DNA of 37,466 bases, from contig WELA01003469.1 in NCBI GenBank assembly GCA_009602735.1, positions 498,584-536,049 on the forward strand. The letters are read 5' to 3'. The stretch is from Mesotaenium endlicherianum. Its lineage: Eukaryota. The notes under the pieces were generated by a model, which had not been told where the DNA came from, did not search any database, and saw nothing but the letters and a program-made list of their open reading frames with translations. The position numbers were made by a program, and so were the translations under genes. Within the stretch, counting starts at the first letter, position 1, and each line of letters starts with the position of its first letter. Of the stretch, positions 11,501-22,384 are shown piece after piece.

Positions 11501-12469
11501 TCTCCCCTCCCTCTCTCGTGCTCGTTGCTTCTGGTGGCTGCTGCGGTGGCTGCCGCTGAGGTGGCTGCTGTCAACAGGTCTGCTGCTCCGCCTGGGGTCT
11601 GTCTCTCTCGTGTGTCTTCCCTGCTGGGGGCTGCTGCTCAGTAGGGTACAAGGAGGGGACAGGGAGGAGAGGGCGTGGCGGACGGGTGAGTAAGCAAGCT
11701 ACGCGGGTGCACAGACTGGTGCTCAGTCCTCCGCGTCCCTCCGCATCTGCCAGCACCGCAGCGTGGATGGTCTCTTTCACTGCGCCGTCTGCTTGTCTTC
11801 TCTTGGTCGTAGATGTGAGCCTTCGTTAAGCTTGCGTTGAGCTCGCGTTGCCTACATACTCTCCCCTCTCTTTCTTGGAACCGAGGGGTGCAGGCATATT
11901 CTTTTCTACTAGCATGGCACCCCCCCTGTGCTTAATTTGTCAGTGGCATCGGCTGCTGCTGCTCTCCTCCTTTCCCCCCCCTTCGCCCTCTCCCTCTCCC
12001 TCTGCCCCCTCCCCCTCCCTCCCTCCCTCCCTCCCTCTTTGTCACACACGCACACAAACACACGCACAGAGAGAGAGAGAGAGTTGTGGGCAGGCAGGCN
12101 NNNNNNNNNNNNNNNNNNNNNNNNNNNNNNNNNNNNNNNNNNNNNNNNNNNNNNNNNNNNNNNNNNNNNNNNCTCCCTCCCTCCCTCTCCCCCCCTCTCT
12201 TTCTCGCTCTCCACCACCTTCTGCCTCCCTCCCCCCCTCTTCTGCCTTTTTCAAAGGTGCACGTAAAGCTGAGGCCTGGACAGTGAGGCAGCTTGGGGTC
12301 TTGAAGACTGAGCTCACAGGTGGGCGAGTGCAGGTTCTGGTATGGCATGCTGTATGAGAGGGACAGGGACATCACGCCCGTCATGTTCTGTGCCAGCCTC
12401 CTGCCAGGTGTCTGGCAGGTGGACTATCCGAAGTGCGATCGTCGCGCCCTCTTTGAGTCTGCCCTGTAG
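5829..12469 (+). CDS. Uncharacterised protein of the bacterial/fungal RYLWTDAFGV family (possibly six-hairpin glycosidase-like); 8 exons, ~438 aa once a 1-nt frameshift at ~8301 is corrected
   Basis: Exons 5829-6142, 6673-6808 (GRYLWTDAFGVCNYVTL), 7325-7419 (VEEVHNVLGRDREG..RL), 8254-8378 (GGLRIGK / DGQYFHYLTKWMFAL), 8806-8976 (YNELAIQLA...WKVSIDM...VPSEGNLDPFDGYIT), 10399-10485, 11080-11331 (DPLDLG...RLAFRELG), 12334-12469 (DITPVMFCASLLPG, TAG). All junctions are GT-AG and in phase except exon 4, which is 125 nt where 126 is needed. Motifs recalled from conserved hypothetical proteins of fungi and bacteria; the fold call is tentative. Confidence 0.85.
8523..8551. repeat. (GT)n microsatellite in intron 4 of the RYLWTDAF-family gene
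   Basis: Uninterrupted GT dinucleotide run, flanked by CA- and GCAC-rich repeats. Confidence 0.9.
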
Positions 12470-14387
12470 GAGCATGGTGCGCACTCATCTGCTCACACAG
12501 CCTACACGTGCAACTGCCGGGAACGTGGACAGCTGTACATACGTGTAAATACATGCACATAGCTGCACGTATACAAGCATAGGGAAGGTGTACATACTCG
12601 CCGTGCAGTGAGGAACTGGTCGTTAGGTTCAGAACATGCGAGCATGCGCTTGTCTAGAAAGCAGGCTGTTGGGCAGGCTCACTGCTGCGCGGCTCCAGGT
12701 GCAAGTGACGTGTGAATACTGTAGACGGATCAAAAAATTTGTAACACTGTAGCACAAGGCGACAGTATGTGCGGGCCAAATGCTGGCATCCGCGATCGAA
12801 CTGCTAACACAGGTGTATAGAGCTTACCGTCAGATCATTACAGCAATATTGTCCGGAGAGGCGGGCCGCATGTGCAGCGTATCTGGTAAAGGGTGGTGCT
12901 AACTCTTTGGTCATCATACGTAAAAGTCCAGTGTATACTAAGAAGAATCTTACACATGTAAGGAAAAGGCCCGACAATTTGTTACATTTAAGCCCCAGAT
13001 TCTGCTTAAAATCTTGCAAGTAATGGTAACGGCAACAACAAGCATGAGTCTCCGTGATGTTCAAATCCTTTTAGAAGGAGGTGAACTGAGTGATCCAATA
13101 AGTGGTTGACGCTTGTGCTCCAAGTCTCGGGCCTTCCAAGTTCTCAGCAACAAGTGAGCGTGTGATATGTGGTATAAGCAGTGAGGCATTTTGGCATTAC
13201 AGAATATTTTCAAACTGCAAGATTAATATGCCATTGAGATTCAAGAAAACGTGTGCTAGGTTAATTGCACGCAGATCAGACAGGGCGAGCTTGCATCGGC
13301 ATCAGCTGTTGTTCACGAGCTTAAAAGCTCACGGATTCTCCAATAAGATCAATTAACTACAAGTGTTGGCGAAGACTACATCAGTGGCCAGACACCTCGC
13401 AGCTACACGGACAATCGATTTGTTGCTCAGCTCATGATGACACAACAAAATCGCAACAAGGAATGGATGTGCCGTACGAAACCAGCTCCTATGTAAATAT
13501 TTGGAAGAGAGTCGTGCGAAAATGTAAGGAATGGCTTGACCGAGCACAGATTGGCTTTCGCTGCAGATGCATGTACCATATCATCTAGCAGTGCAACTAG
13601 TCGGTTGAAGCCTCTTGGCCGCAACAAAGTGAGTTACTCCACAGCGTGGGACAGCTCGGGCTTCACCACAAACATGCCACTAGCTTATGATATTAGCTCC
13701 TTCTTCAAACCCGAGCCAGAGATGGAACAATCGTGCTAAGTATTGCATGCTGGCATACATACATGAGAGTTGTGCTAGGTGAATAAATCTGATACCAATG
13801 TGCTTCAAGGCTACGTGGCAGTGGACCATGTGGCAGTGAACCGATATGACAGACAAACGACATGTTCACCAGCTACGCTAGGAAGTCCGACCCGTGTGAA
13901 CTCGGATGCTGTCTCTGACAACCCGGATTTGAGTGTACCTCATTGCTCCCTACGCTACATCTCCGCCTCCCCAAGGCAGGCCCATAAGAATAATAATATA
14001 CAAGAAGAGCGCCACGAGAAGCCCCGCAATGTGAGCACCTACCGCTACTCCTACACCTCAAACGCCTAACCCTAATCCTAAACCATGACCCGCCCCTCCC
14101 CCACCAGCATGCACCACCAGTGCCACCCTGCACAACCCCCGCCCTCCTTATCCCGGCAGAACTTGTCAGAGAGGCTGGGGCAGGCCGTTTGCATCCCTGT
14201 GTGCGTGTCTGGGCATCCCCCACACAGGTAATCAATTGAGATTGTGACTACACATCCAGATTGCCGCAGCTGGCGGGCACGTCCCGCCACCAGAATCCCA
14301 ATGCCCAAACTGCAGGGCCAAGCCAAACCACGCCAGGCCAGGCCAATAGCCTGTGTGAAGAGGACCCATCATTCGATCAGATAGTAC

Positions 14388-16265
14388 CTAGTGAAACCTG
14401 TTGGGGGCTTCCACCGGCAGGGGAGCCCTCAGAGGCTCCTGGCCCGGCTCCTCCCTCGGCCCCGCCTCCACCCCGTGCTGACAGCTGGCAGGCTCTCCCG
14501 GCACCCCGGGCCGCCTGCCGCCCTCTTTAGAGCCCAGGAGCACCCCGTCCCCCACCTGCGGCATCTCGATCGCCACGTGGCCCCCCTCCTTCGCATCCTC
14601 CCCGGCCCCGCCCTCGAGCCCCCCACCCAGCTCGCCACCCCGCACCCCCGCGGAGTGCGCGGCGTGTGCACGGGGGATGGGCCGGATCTCGTAGTGCTCG
14701 GCGGTGCGCACCTCCTGACAGAGCGCGCACAGCGGGCAGAAAAGCCAGGTGGCGCAGTCTGTGGCCTTGCCGTGGCCGCAGCAGCACGAGCTGGCGGGCA
14801 GGCGATAGGCCTCGCGCATCTGGATGCGCCAGTAGCCGCCGTACAGCAGCCCCAGCGCCGACGCGGCGATGCCCACGGCGCCGAGCACGCCGCGCGTGGT
14901 GGTGTCGTTGACGTTGATGGCGGCAAGGTCGAAGATGAGGAAGGGCGCAAACACGAAGAGCGCAAACGTGGCCGTGTGCACGAAGCGGTTGCCAAAGCCG
15001 AGGCGGTCCATGGTGCCGCCGTGCACGCAGAAGCAGCACAGCGTGCTGAGCACGCACACGCGCGCCACGGTGCCCGCGCTCTCGCCCTCGCTCTCCATCC
15101 CCCCGCGCTCCTCGTCGCCGCCGCCGCCGCCGCCTATGTTGCCGCAGCAGCAGCAGCAGCCCGTCAGCAGGCCCCCCTGCCACCGCGGGTCGCGCACCTC
15201 CTCCACCACCTCCTCCTCCGCCTCCGCTGCAACCGTGCCGGCAGTGCCGCCAGCGCCGCTGCGCACGACGCTGCCGGCCGCGCTGCCGCCCACGCCCCCG
15301 CCGCCCGCGCCGCGGCGGTGGAAGAAGGCCAGCGCGCGCGCGTGCATCGACTGCTTCTTGGCCACGCGCTGCTGCTCCTCCAGGGAGTACTCCTTCCAGG
15401 CCTCGCCGTCGCCGCCGGCGCCGTCGTCGTCATCGGTGTCGTAGTCGCGGTTGAGGGGGCTGAGCGAGTTGTAGAGGCCGGCGAACGCGGGGAACCCGAT
15501 GGCGCCCGTGACGAAGATGGCAACGAGGAAGGCGGGGCGGTCGGCGCGCGAGTAGGCCCACGTCACGGCGGCCATGCCGTACTGGAAGATGCAGTTGAGC
15601 TGCAGGCACACGTTGACGACAAGCATGTGCTTCCACTCGTGGGGCTTGCGGCGGCCGCCCTTGCAGTAGAGGCGGCGCATGCGCACCACGTCCGCGGGGC
15701 GCCACCTGGCAAGCGCAATGGACGCGCGGATGCGCCCCGGGTGCAGCAGCAGCGCCATGAAGGTGAAGAGCGCCGTCAGGATCTGGCACTGGATCTCAAA
15801 CCACGTGTTGCGCTGGCTCTTGCGCGGCAGCTCCGCGTTCAGCATACCCGTCATCACCAGAAACAGGATGGCGCCCGACACGCCCACCAGCACCACCCAC
15901 ACCAGCAGCGCCGCGTTCAGCGGCTGCCGCACCCACCACCTGGCATCGCGCCAGAGGTCCTTCCACAGCACCCGCCCGTACAGCGGCACGTCGATGCCCC
16001 GCCGCAGCGCCAGCCTGGCACTGCCGCCGCCGCCCTCGACCTCGGCGCCGCCAGCTGCTGCAGCGACGGCGTTGTCGTCGGGGACGCTCTGCGAGACCTC
16101 CTCGGCGGCGTCCGCGCGCCGCTTGAAGCTGGAGAAGGCGCCGCTGCCGCTGCCACTGCCGCTCCCCGCCGATCCTCCCGACCTCAGCAGCTGGCGCCCC
16201 ACAACCGCCGGCAGCGGGCGCCCCCCCCCGCCCTCCTTGGTGGCTGCTGCCCCTGCTGCTCCCCC

Positions 16266-16296
<31 letters not shown>

Positions 16297-16472
16297 ACTG
16301 CTGCTGGCGCCGGCTCGTGCGGCTGCGGCGCTACCTTGGGGGTGCCGATGCTGGCGCCGGAAGTACTAGCTGCAGCGCTTCTTGAGGGGGAGGGCTCTAC
16401 CCTCGGAGCTGCGGCGCTCTGAACTGCGGCGCTCCCATCGACGTCAAACCTCTGGAGTGGAGGGCCGTCCAT
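14388..16472 (-). CDS. DUF2985 + PLAC8 (Cys-rich) membrane protein, single exon
   Basis: Long ORF with strongly G/C-ending codons. Plant DUF2985-type region (WVRQPLNAALLVW..VGVSGAILFLVMTGMLN...WFEIQCQILTALFT...PHEWKH) followed by a PLAC8-type region (CCFCV, GLLYGGYWRIQMR, DCATWLFCPLCALCQEVRT). Start taken at ATG 16472; an in-frame ATG at 16523 is an alternative. Confidence 0.9.
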
Positions 16473-17400
16473 GGCGACGCGCCCACTGAGGCCTGCCAAA
16501 GGCGAACAATAGCGAGCGTGCATGCGTCAGAAACGCTTGCTGCTCCCTCCGGCGAGTCACGCCCTCTCCCAACCTGCCCTGCCGAAGCCTGCCAAGGCCA
16601 GCCGAGGCGAGTGTGTCGTGCAGGCACACGTGAGTAAGAAGGCTTTTCTGCTCTCTTTCGGCGAGCCACGTGCGTCTCCTAACCCTTCAGTGTGCACACT
16701 TCCCCCCCCCCNTTGTTTCAAACATTCCAGCTTTTAAGTAATATCAGTAGCAGTTACTGCTTAGCCAACTCCCTTATGCACCCCCGAGTATGACATTCCC
16801 TCAAAACCTAGTGTATGCTGAGCACCTGCATTAGTCTCTCGTCAAATTCTCTTGCTATCACTCTCTTCTGCATAAAATACATCACAAACTCTTGCAGGAC
16901 AAACCCGGCACACCAACAACCTTTGCAGTCACAATCCCCTGTTTTCACACAAATGCAGATATCTTTGTCGCTCTGTCCCATCCCTTCATATCTCATAGAA
17001 ATATTAAGGTGCATATGATCAAAACATTTCACAAAAGAGTAATCATACCCTCTGAACAAGAGGAACAGGTATTGATTGTTGCTAAGCATCCCCTCATAAG
17101 GCCCCCGTGTTTGACCTCACATTTACTGTCCACCTAAACGTCGCCAAGGCCTCCCCACTTACTAACCTTCTTAAGCTGACAAAGTAGAAAATCCCCTCCA
17201 TGAAAGTATCACAAGACAAATAGCAATACCACCTTCCCAAAAGAGGTGGGGCAACTCAAACAGTGACAATCCACATTATTGGTACTATCCTCGCACCATT
17301 CAACACAGCCCAAAAAATCACCCACAACCAAATGGGCACAGGCATGCAACCAATTAGGTAACATGCAAGTGCAAGCCTACGAGGGAGGAAGCTTGCATAC

Positions 17401-18490
17401 CCGGTATCTGCGAGCAAGGCCGTACAGAGTGTCCCCACGCTGCACAGTGTGGGTGCGCAGAGCCTTCTTGACAGAGTCGCCAGCCTGGTGGGCCTTGTGG
17501 TCAATGTTCTTTGCCAAGCCCTTCCCACGGTTGAAGAGACCATTCTTTGCCTCCTCCCCACGTGCCTTTAAGTCCTCACCAAAATCCTTGGCTTCATTGC
17601 GAGCCCCCCGGAACCTCCCCTCCACCTGCCACATTGCCACCCCAAACAATCACAACATTGAGCTCGAGTTCAAAATTACTTACCCAAGCTGGCGAGGACA
17701 AAAACAGAATAGTAGTTTCTGGCTCACGCATTACATAATTTTATGTACATAAAGTCTGCAGATCAGTAATGTACTTGGATTATTAACACAAGCCATGTAA
17801 AAAGTCCTGAGATGCAGTCAGCAACAGCAGGACCTTTTTTACAGTAGGCAACAGATGTATGAGCCAAGAGTGACTGCCTTTTGAACTGTACTGCAACCTA
17901 ATAATGTGCCTATTCTGCAGTCTTGAGCCAACTCCAGTCCACGAGCATAACAAGCAATAACATGTGCATGGTAGCATTTCTAGAACATTAAGCCCAGCAC
18001 ACCAACAGCTTACCTTCTACACAGGATGCATGGATCAGTACAATAGAAACATGCAAGGACTCACGTTAGGTCTAAATTCACCGAACTTTCCAAACTCAAA
18101 GAGTGCAAAAAAAAAGCTGACTCATCGAAAGCTCAACATCACATACATGCCCTTCATTATTAAGTGGTCTTGAGACTGTTAGCAAACTGGTACCAGACTC
18201 ATGTGCTACTGCAGCACACACTTTATGCAATGCCTACATATGCCAGTTAAAGTAGCTCCGAAAGAGGCTGGACATACCTCACGGCCAGTGTCGCGGCTCC
18301 TGTTGTAAACTTCGTTTGTCTTCTTCTGGCCGCTTCTCGATTGAAGCCAGCTGATACCAATGCCGGCCGCCAACACGACACCAAATACCTTAGCAAGCTG
18401 CTCGCCATTTACACCGTCCTTCTTGCCCTCGGAGTTGCCATTTGGGGCGTCTTTCTTTGCAGGGGGCGCAGCAGGTGGAGTAGAAGACAT
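17401..18490 (-). CDS. LysM-domain protein with N-terminal TM helix and LEA-like linker; 3' end unresolved
   Basis: Exon 18490-18278 (MSSTPPAAPP...AKVFGVVLAAGIGISWLQ...GRE, donor GTATGT) and exon 17625-17401 (VEGRF...THTVQRGDTLYGLARRYR, donor GTATGC). HTVQRGDTLYGLARRY is a clear first half of a LysM motif. A possible terminal exon 16825-16808 (VLSIH-stop) exists, but the intervening part of LysM was not found. An acceptor 7 nt before the ATG suggests a 5'UTR intron. Confidence 0.8.
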
Positions 18491-19981
18491 GGTCAAGCTG
18501 CATCCCAGAAGATGGCAACAAATTAGCAGATGCAGATAGACCTCATATAAAACACATTGCAGCTTCAGAACTATGTGTAAGTCTTCAATAAGCCTGCAAG
18601 TGCAGGATAGCACAAGGACTATTGCTAAATGTCATGTCTGGCCGGCATGTAAAAACATCAGCAAAGCATGTCAATTTCGGCAACACTAAACTGCAAATTC
18701 GGATACATTGGGTCCTCCCAAGAGTCAGACATTGTGGTAGCCAATATATCCTGCTATTTTCGTCCTCAAAAGCCAACGATATACGAAAACAAAGCAAGAT
18801 TTTGTCATGCAAAAAATGCTGTAATTTTTCTATGGGAAAATATGAACATTAAATCTTATGTTCAAAATCTAACACACGCTCGGATGTAATACTGTTACGT
18901 GAAGCAGAGAAGGAAATTACCCCTACCTTTTTTTAAAGAGACGCGCAGATTGAAGAACGAGCTAGCTGCAACTTGGACAAGCGATGTCTTGGAGATATGG
19001 GCGTTCACTTATATTGGAGAGAATCGCTTACGAACAATATGAAGCCAACAGACAGGTGAGTGAGCATTTAGTGATTGGTTCGTTTCCAGTAGAGAGTTCT
19101 TGTAGAGCTTTGGCTTGCTCAGGTTGGTCGGGGAATTGATCAAGATCCGAGCCTTAAGCCAGAGCTGGCAACAATGTGCCAGAGCAAGCCCTGGCTTGCT
19201 TGCTGCTTCGGAATTTCTTGCTCTGAGTCTCATCGCAGATCATCTCTGTGCTGGATAGCTTTTGCACGTGCCAAGTGTCTACATTTAGTCAATCCCGCTA
19301 CTACCTTCCAGCTGGACCGGCCCCTGCAGACTGCTGCAGACAATTGATTCGTGAAGCGGGTGAAGGGTGGTAAAGCGTGACGAATTTCTCATCAGGTACA
19401 GCTGGAAGCAGCTGGTAGATTTTAATACCGTCAACCACCCTCACTGTCAGAATTGTCCGTAACGGGCATGGTAAATATGGTACCAATCAAGAAGTATGTT
19501 TTTGCTTTCAATATTTTCCTTAATTTGCCTACTATGCCTATAATAGTTCGAACTGGCTAATATTTGTGGGAAGTACATAGATATAACGATAAAAATTGCT
19601 GGGGCACGCTTGGGGCAATGCTTGGTGTATATGCTGTGGAAAAGGATTTGCTCAATTGTTGCTGGTCGCTCCAATACGCCTCTGAAGCCAGGTGCGTGCA
19701 TGATGATAGGCTTGGCCGCCCTCACTAGCCCTCACGCCTACCTCACACTGCCTCAAGCTGTCCGGTCCAGTCTGCTGAGAACGGCCGATGAATCTTGACC
19801 ACTCCTGCCAGACAACGCTCGTCAACGAGACTTGATGTCCAGCGACGTCTGCTTGTAAAATTGTCATTGTTCAAGTAATAAAATTCGAAACTAACCACTA
19901 GAGATGCATTTTGGAATCTTTCGAGGTGCCTCAGGCTTCAGCCCTCGCATGACCAGCGCACCTTTAGGATCGTTCGTGCAA

Positions 19982-21108
19982 GGGCAAATTACCAAAGTAG
20001 CACTCCAACTTTCGTTTATTCTACAAATAGCACTCCCAAGTTTCGTTATTACAAAACTAGCACTCGCGCATGTAAGGCGAGTCCACGTAGGTTTTACACG
20101 ATAAATTGACGTGCCACACGAATTCGCACGCGACCCAACCTGACACACCACTTCTCTCTTTCCCTTCCAAAATCGACCACCACCGCTTCTCCAGCTGCCC
20201 AATTTCACGAACCAAACTACCTAAGGACGCCCAAAAATTGGACCACAGGTATTTTCGTGACCTATTTCTTGCGCCTTTATTTTCTAACCCTATATTTTCT
20301 TGAGAGACTATATTCATCGCATTCTCTGCTATTTCAGGTAGGAACGTAATCACAAGTAGCTACTTGTAGCGGCTGAGTCAAGTGGTTAGTTACTATGGCA
20401 CATTGCCATTGAGGTTGCCTGTGGCTATCCTTTCCTATTTGTAAGCATGTTGCTCCTGGGACCATTCCTCACGTCCTACATTTAACCGCCACGTTTTACC
20501 TATATTTAACCACCATAAGAAGTACCTATAGTTGACCCGCCGAGGTTTAGACCCAACTATGGAGTTCGAAAAGTCGTCTTCGATTTGGAGGCGCGGCAAA
20601 GCGGTCAATGCCTTCGAAAAGTTTTGGTGAGTAATATGAAGGTAGCGACAATGTGTCCACCCGAAATTTGGCGTCCTTGGGCAGTTTGGATCGCGAAGGT
20701 GGGTCAGTTACAAAAGTGGTGGTGGAAGATTTTGGAAACGAAAGAGAGAAATGGTGTGTCAGGGTCGCGTGCGAATTCGTGTGGCACGTCATTTGATTAA
20801 GTAAGGCCTACGTGGCCTGACCTAACATGCGCGAGTGCTAGTTTTGAAATAACAAAACTTGGAGTGCTAGATTTTGAAATAAACGAAAGGTGGAGTGCTA
20901 CTTTGGTAATTTGCCTATTTTGGAAGCGAAAGAGAGAAGTGGTGTGTCAGGTAGGGTCGCGTGCGAATTCGTGTGGCACGTCAATTGATCGTGTAAAACC
21001 TACGTGGACTCGCCTTACATGCGTGAGTGCTAGTTTTGTAATAACGAAACTTGGGAGTGCTATTTCTAGCATAAACGAAAGTTGGAGTGCTACTTAGGTA
21101 ATTTGCCC
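19982..21108. mobile_element. Non-autonomous Mutator-like (long-TIR) DNA transposon, ~1.13 kb, with a second internal right arm
   Basis: 192-bp terminal inverted repeats 19982-20173 and 20917-21108 (GGGCAAATTACC...GGTAATTTGCCC), about 7 mismatches by eye. TAGCACTC sub-repeats at an exact 30-bp period (19998, 20028, 20058). A more diverged right arm lies at ~20664-20915. No transposase ORF and no clean TSD, so the MULE assignment is inferred from TIR length and G-start termini. Confidence 0.85.
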
Positions 21109-21175
21109 AATTTCAAGCAATCTCGCAGCCAGGTTGAGCAGCAGCGAGCAGCTGCAAGCAGCACTCACTGCCACT

Positions 21176-21223
21176 TCTGCTCCTGCCTGCTCCTGCCTGC
21201 TCCAATCTGCTCCAGTCTGCTCA
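21176..21223. repeat. Short 9-bp-period tandem repeat (CTGCTCC core, ~5 copies) beside the TIR element
   Basis: ctgctcctgcctgctcctgcctgctccaatctgctccagtctgctca. Confidence 0.7.
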
Positions 21224-21410
21224 GTTGACGCTGGTCGAACAATATAGCCCGGCGAATCGGCGACCTGAGGGGAGCATGTGACGCCGGCTTTTAGTGACTT
21301 GGAGTGTGAACAGCTCCCAACTCAGGTAACATGGGAGCCCCGGGTGTTCATGTTTTGTCTGATACATGGTCACTGCGTGATTAATTCTGATGCTTGCAGC
21401 GTATAAGAGG

Positions 21411-22384
21411 ATGCCTGCATGTGAAATGAAATATAAATTTCTGGGCTCTGAAGAAGCAGGGGTGAGCTAGGGATTACATTTCCATGACGTAAGTTTTTTA
21501 ATCCCAGCTCTCTCCGTGCAGCTTTGGTTTATATTTATGCACACGCATGCAGCCGCCTATGCGAGACTAATTGTTCGTGGCGCATGATCGAGTCGGCCAT
21601 CAATAGCAGTATTCATCTCAATTGACTGCGTGTTTCCGCTACGGTCGTAGTCTCAGTCAAGAAAGTACATTTGTCTGTCTGAATTCAGCAGTGATCGATG
21701 TCGCTCCTATAGAGTACATTCTTTTGCTCTGCCTATGCCTCTAAATTCTGTTGCCATGTCTCCTACACTTGCCTATCCTTTGTACGAAAGCTTGACTCCT
21801 TCTGTTTGTGCATGTATGAGCTCCCCAAATGTGCATTTGCTGGTAATAGTTTGTTTTCGGCTGCGAGAACAAATGCTATGAAGATCATCCATCCCTTGCT
21901 CGTACCCTTGCCATTTGTCCTGAATCTGTGTCTTCTGTGTAACCTAAGTGTACGTTCAGACCTTTCGCTTGATAGCAAGTCACAGTGTCTCTTGGCTGGC
22001 TCTTCAGTGCAGGTACCACATCCTTGCAATCCAACTATGCATCATAAATTACTCTCTACTCTCTATAGTCACATGCACGAGGGCTTATGTGCAGGAGAAG
22101 ACTCTCATCTATATGTACTCCGAGCGCAGCTAGGTGGCCCCCCCCCCACCCCCCCGAGGGGCTATTGTCATGGATGTGATAAGGTCGAGTGAAAGCGTTG
22201 CAATCTAAGTGGACCAAGCCTCCACTGCCTGAGTGTTAGAGTCAGGACCCATGGCGAGAAGAGTGGCCCGTTGGCAGAGGTGGGGCTAATCCCCAACAGG
22301 GCTCAAAAGTTTGACAACTTGCCGCTGACGGACGGACTGCCAGAGGGCACCTTCTCGCTACAGCTGGAGTCGCCACAAGCTTGA
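21411..22384 (+). CDS. Possible small spliced ORF (~69 aa), unknown product
   Basis: Putative exons 21411-21461 (MPACEMKYKFLGSEEAG, donor GTGAGC), 22095-22114 (EKTLIYM) and 22246-22384 (THGEKSG...LESPQA-stop) join in phase. No homology recognised; may be chance. Confidence 0.2.

Noticed and set aside
12600..14060. Moderate-GC region between convergent genes with scattered splice-like signals
   Set aside because: No consistent reading frame, RNA structure or repeat found; treated as UTR or intergenic.
14391..16385. 664-aa plus-strand ORF
   Set aside because: Antisense shadow of the GC3-rich PLAC8 gene; A/R/G/H-rich with no recognisable domain.
19982..21108. CRISPR-like or coding interpretation of the repeated MTCHTNSHAT ORFs
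   Set aside because: These are translations of the TIR copies; there is no repeat-spacer structure and the context is eukaryotic.
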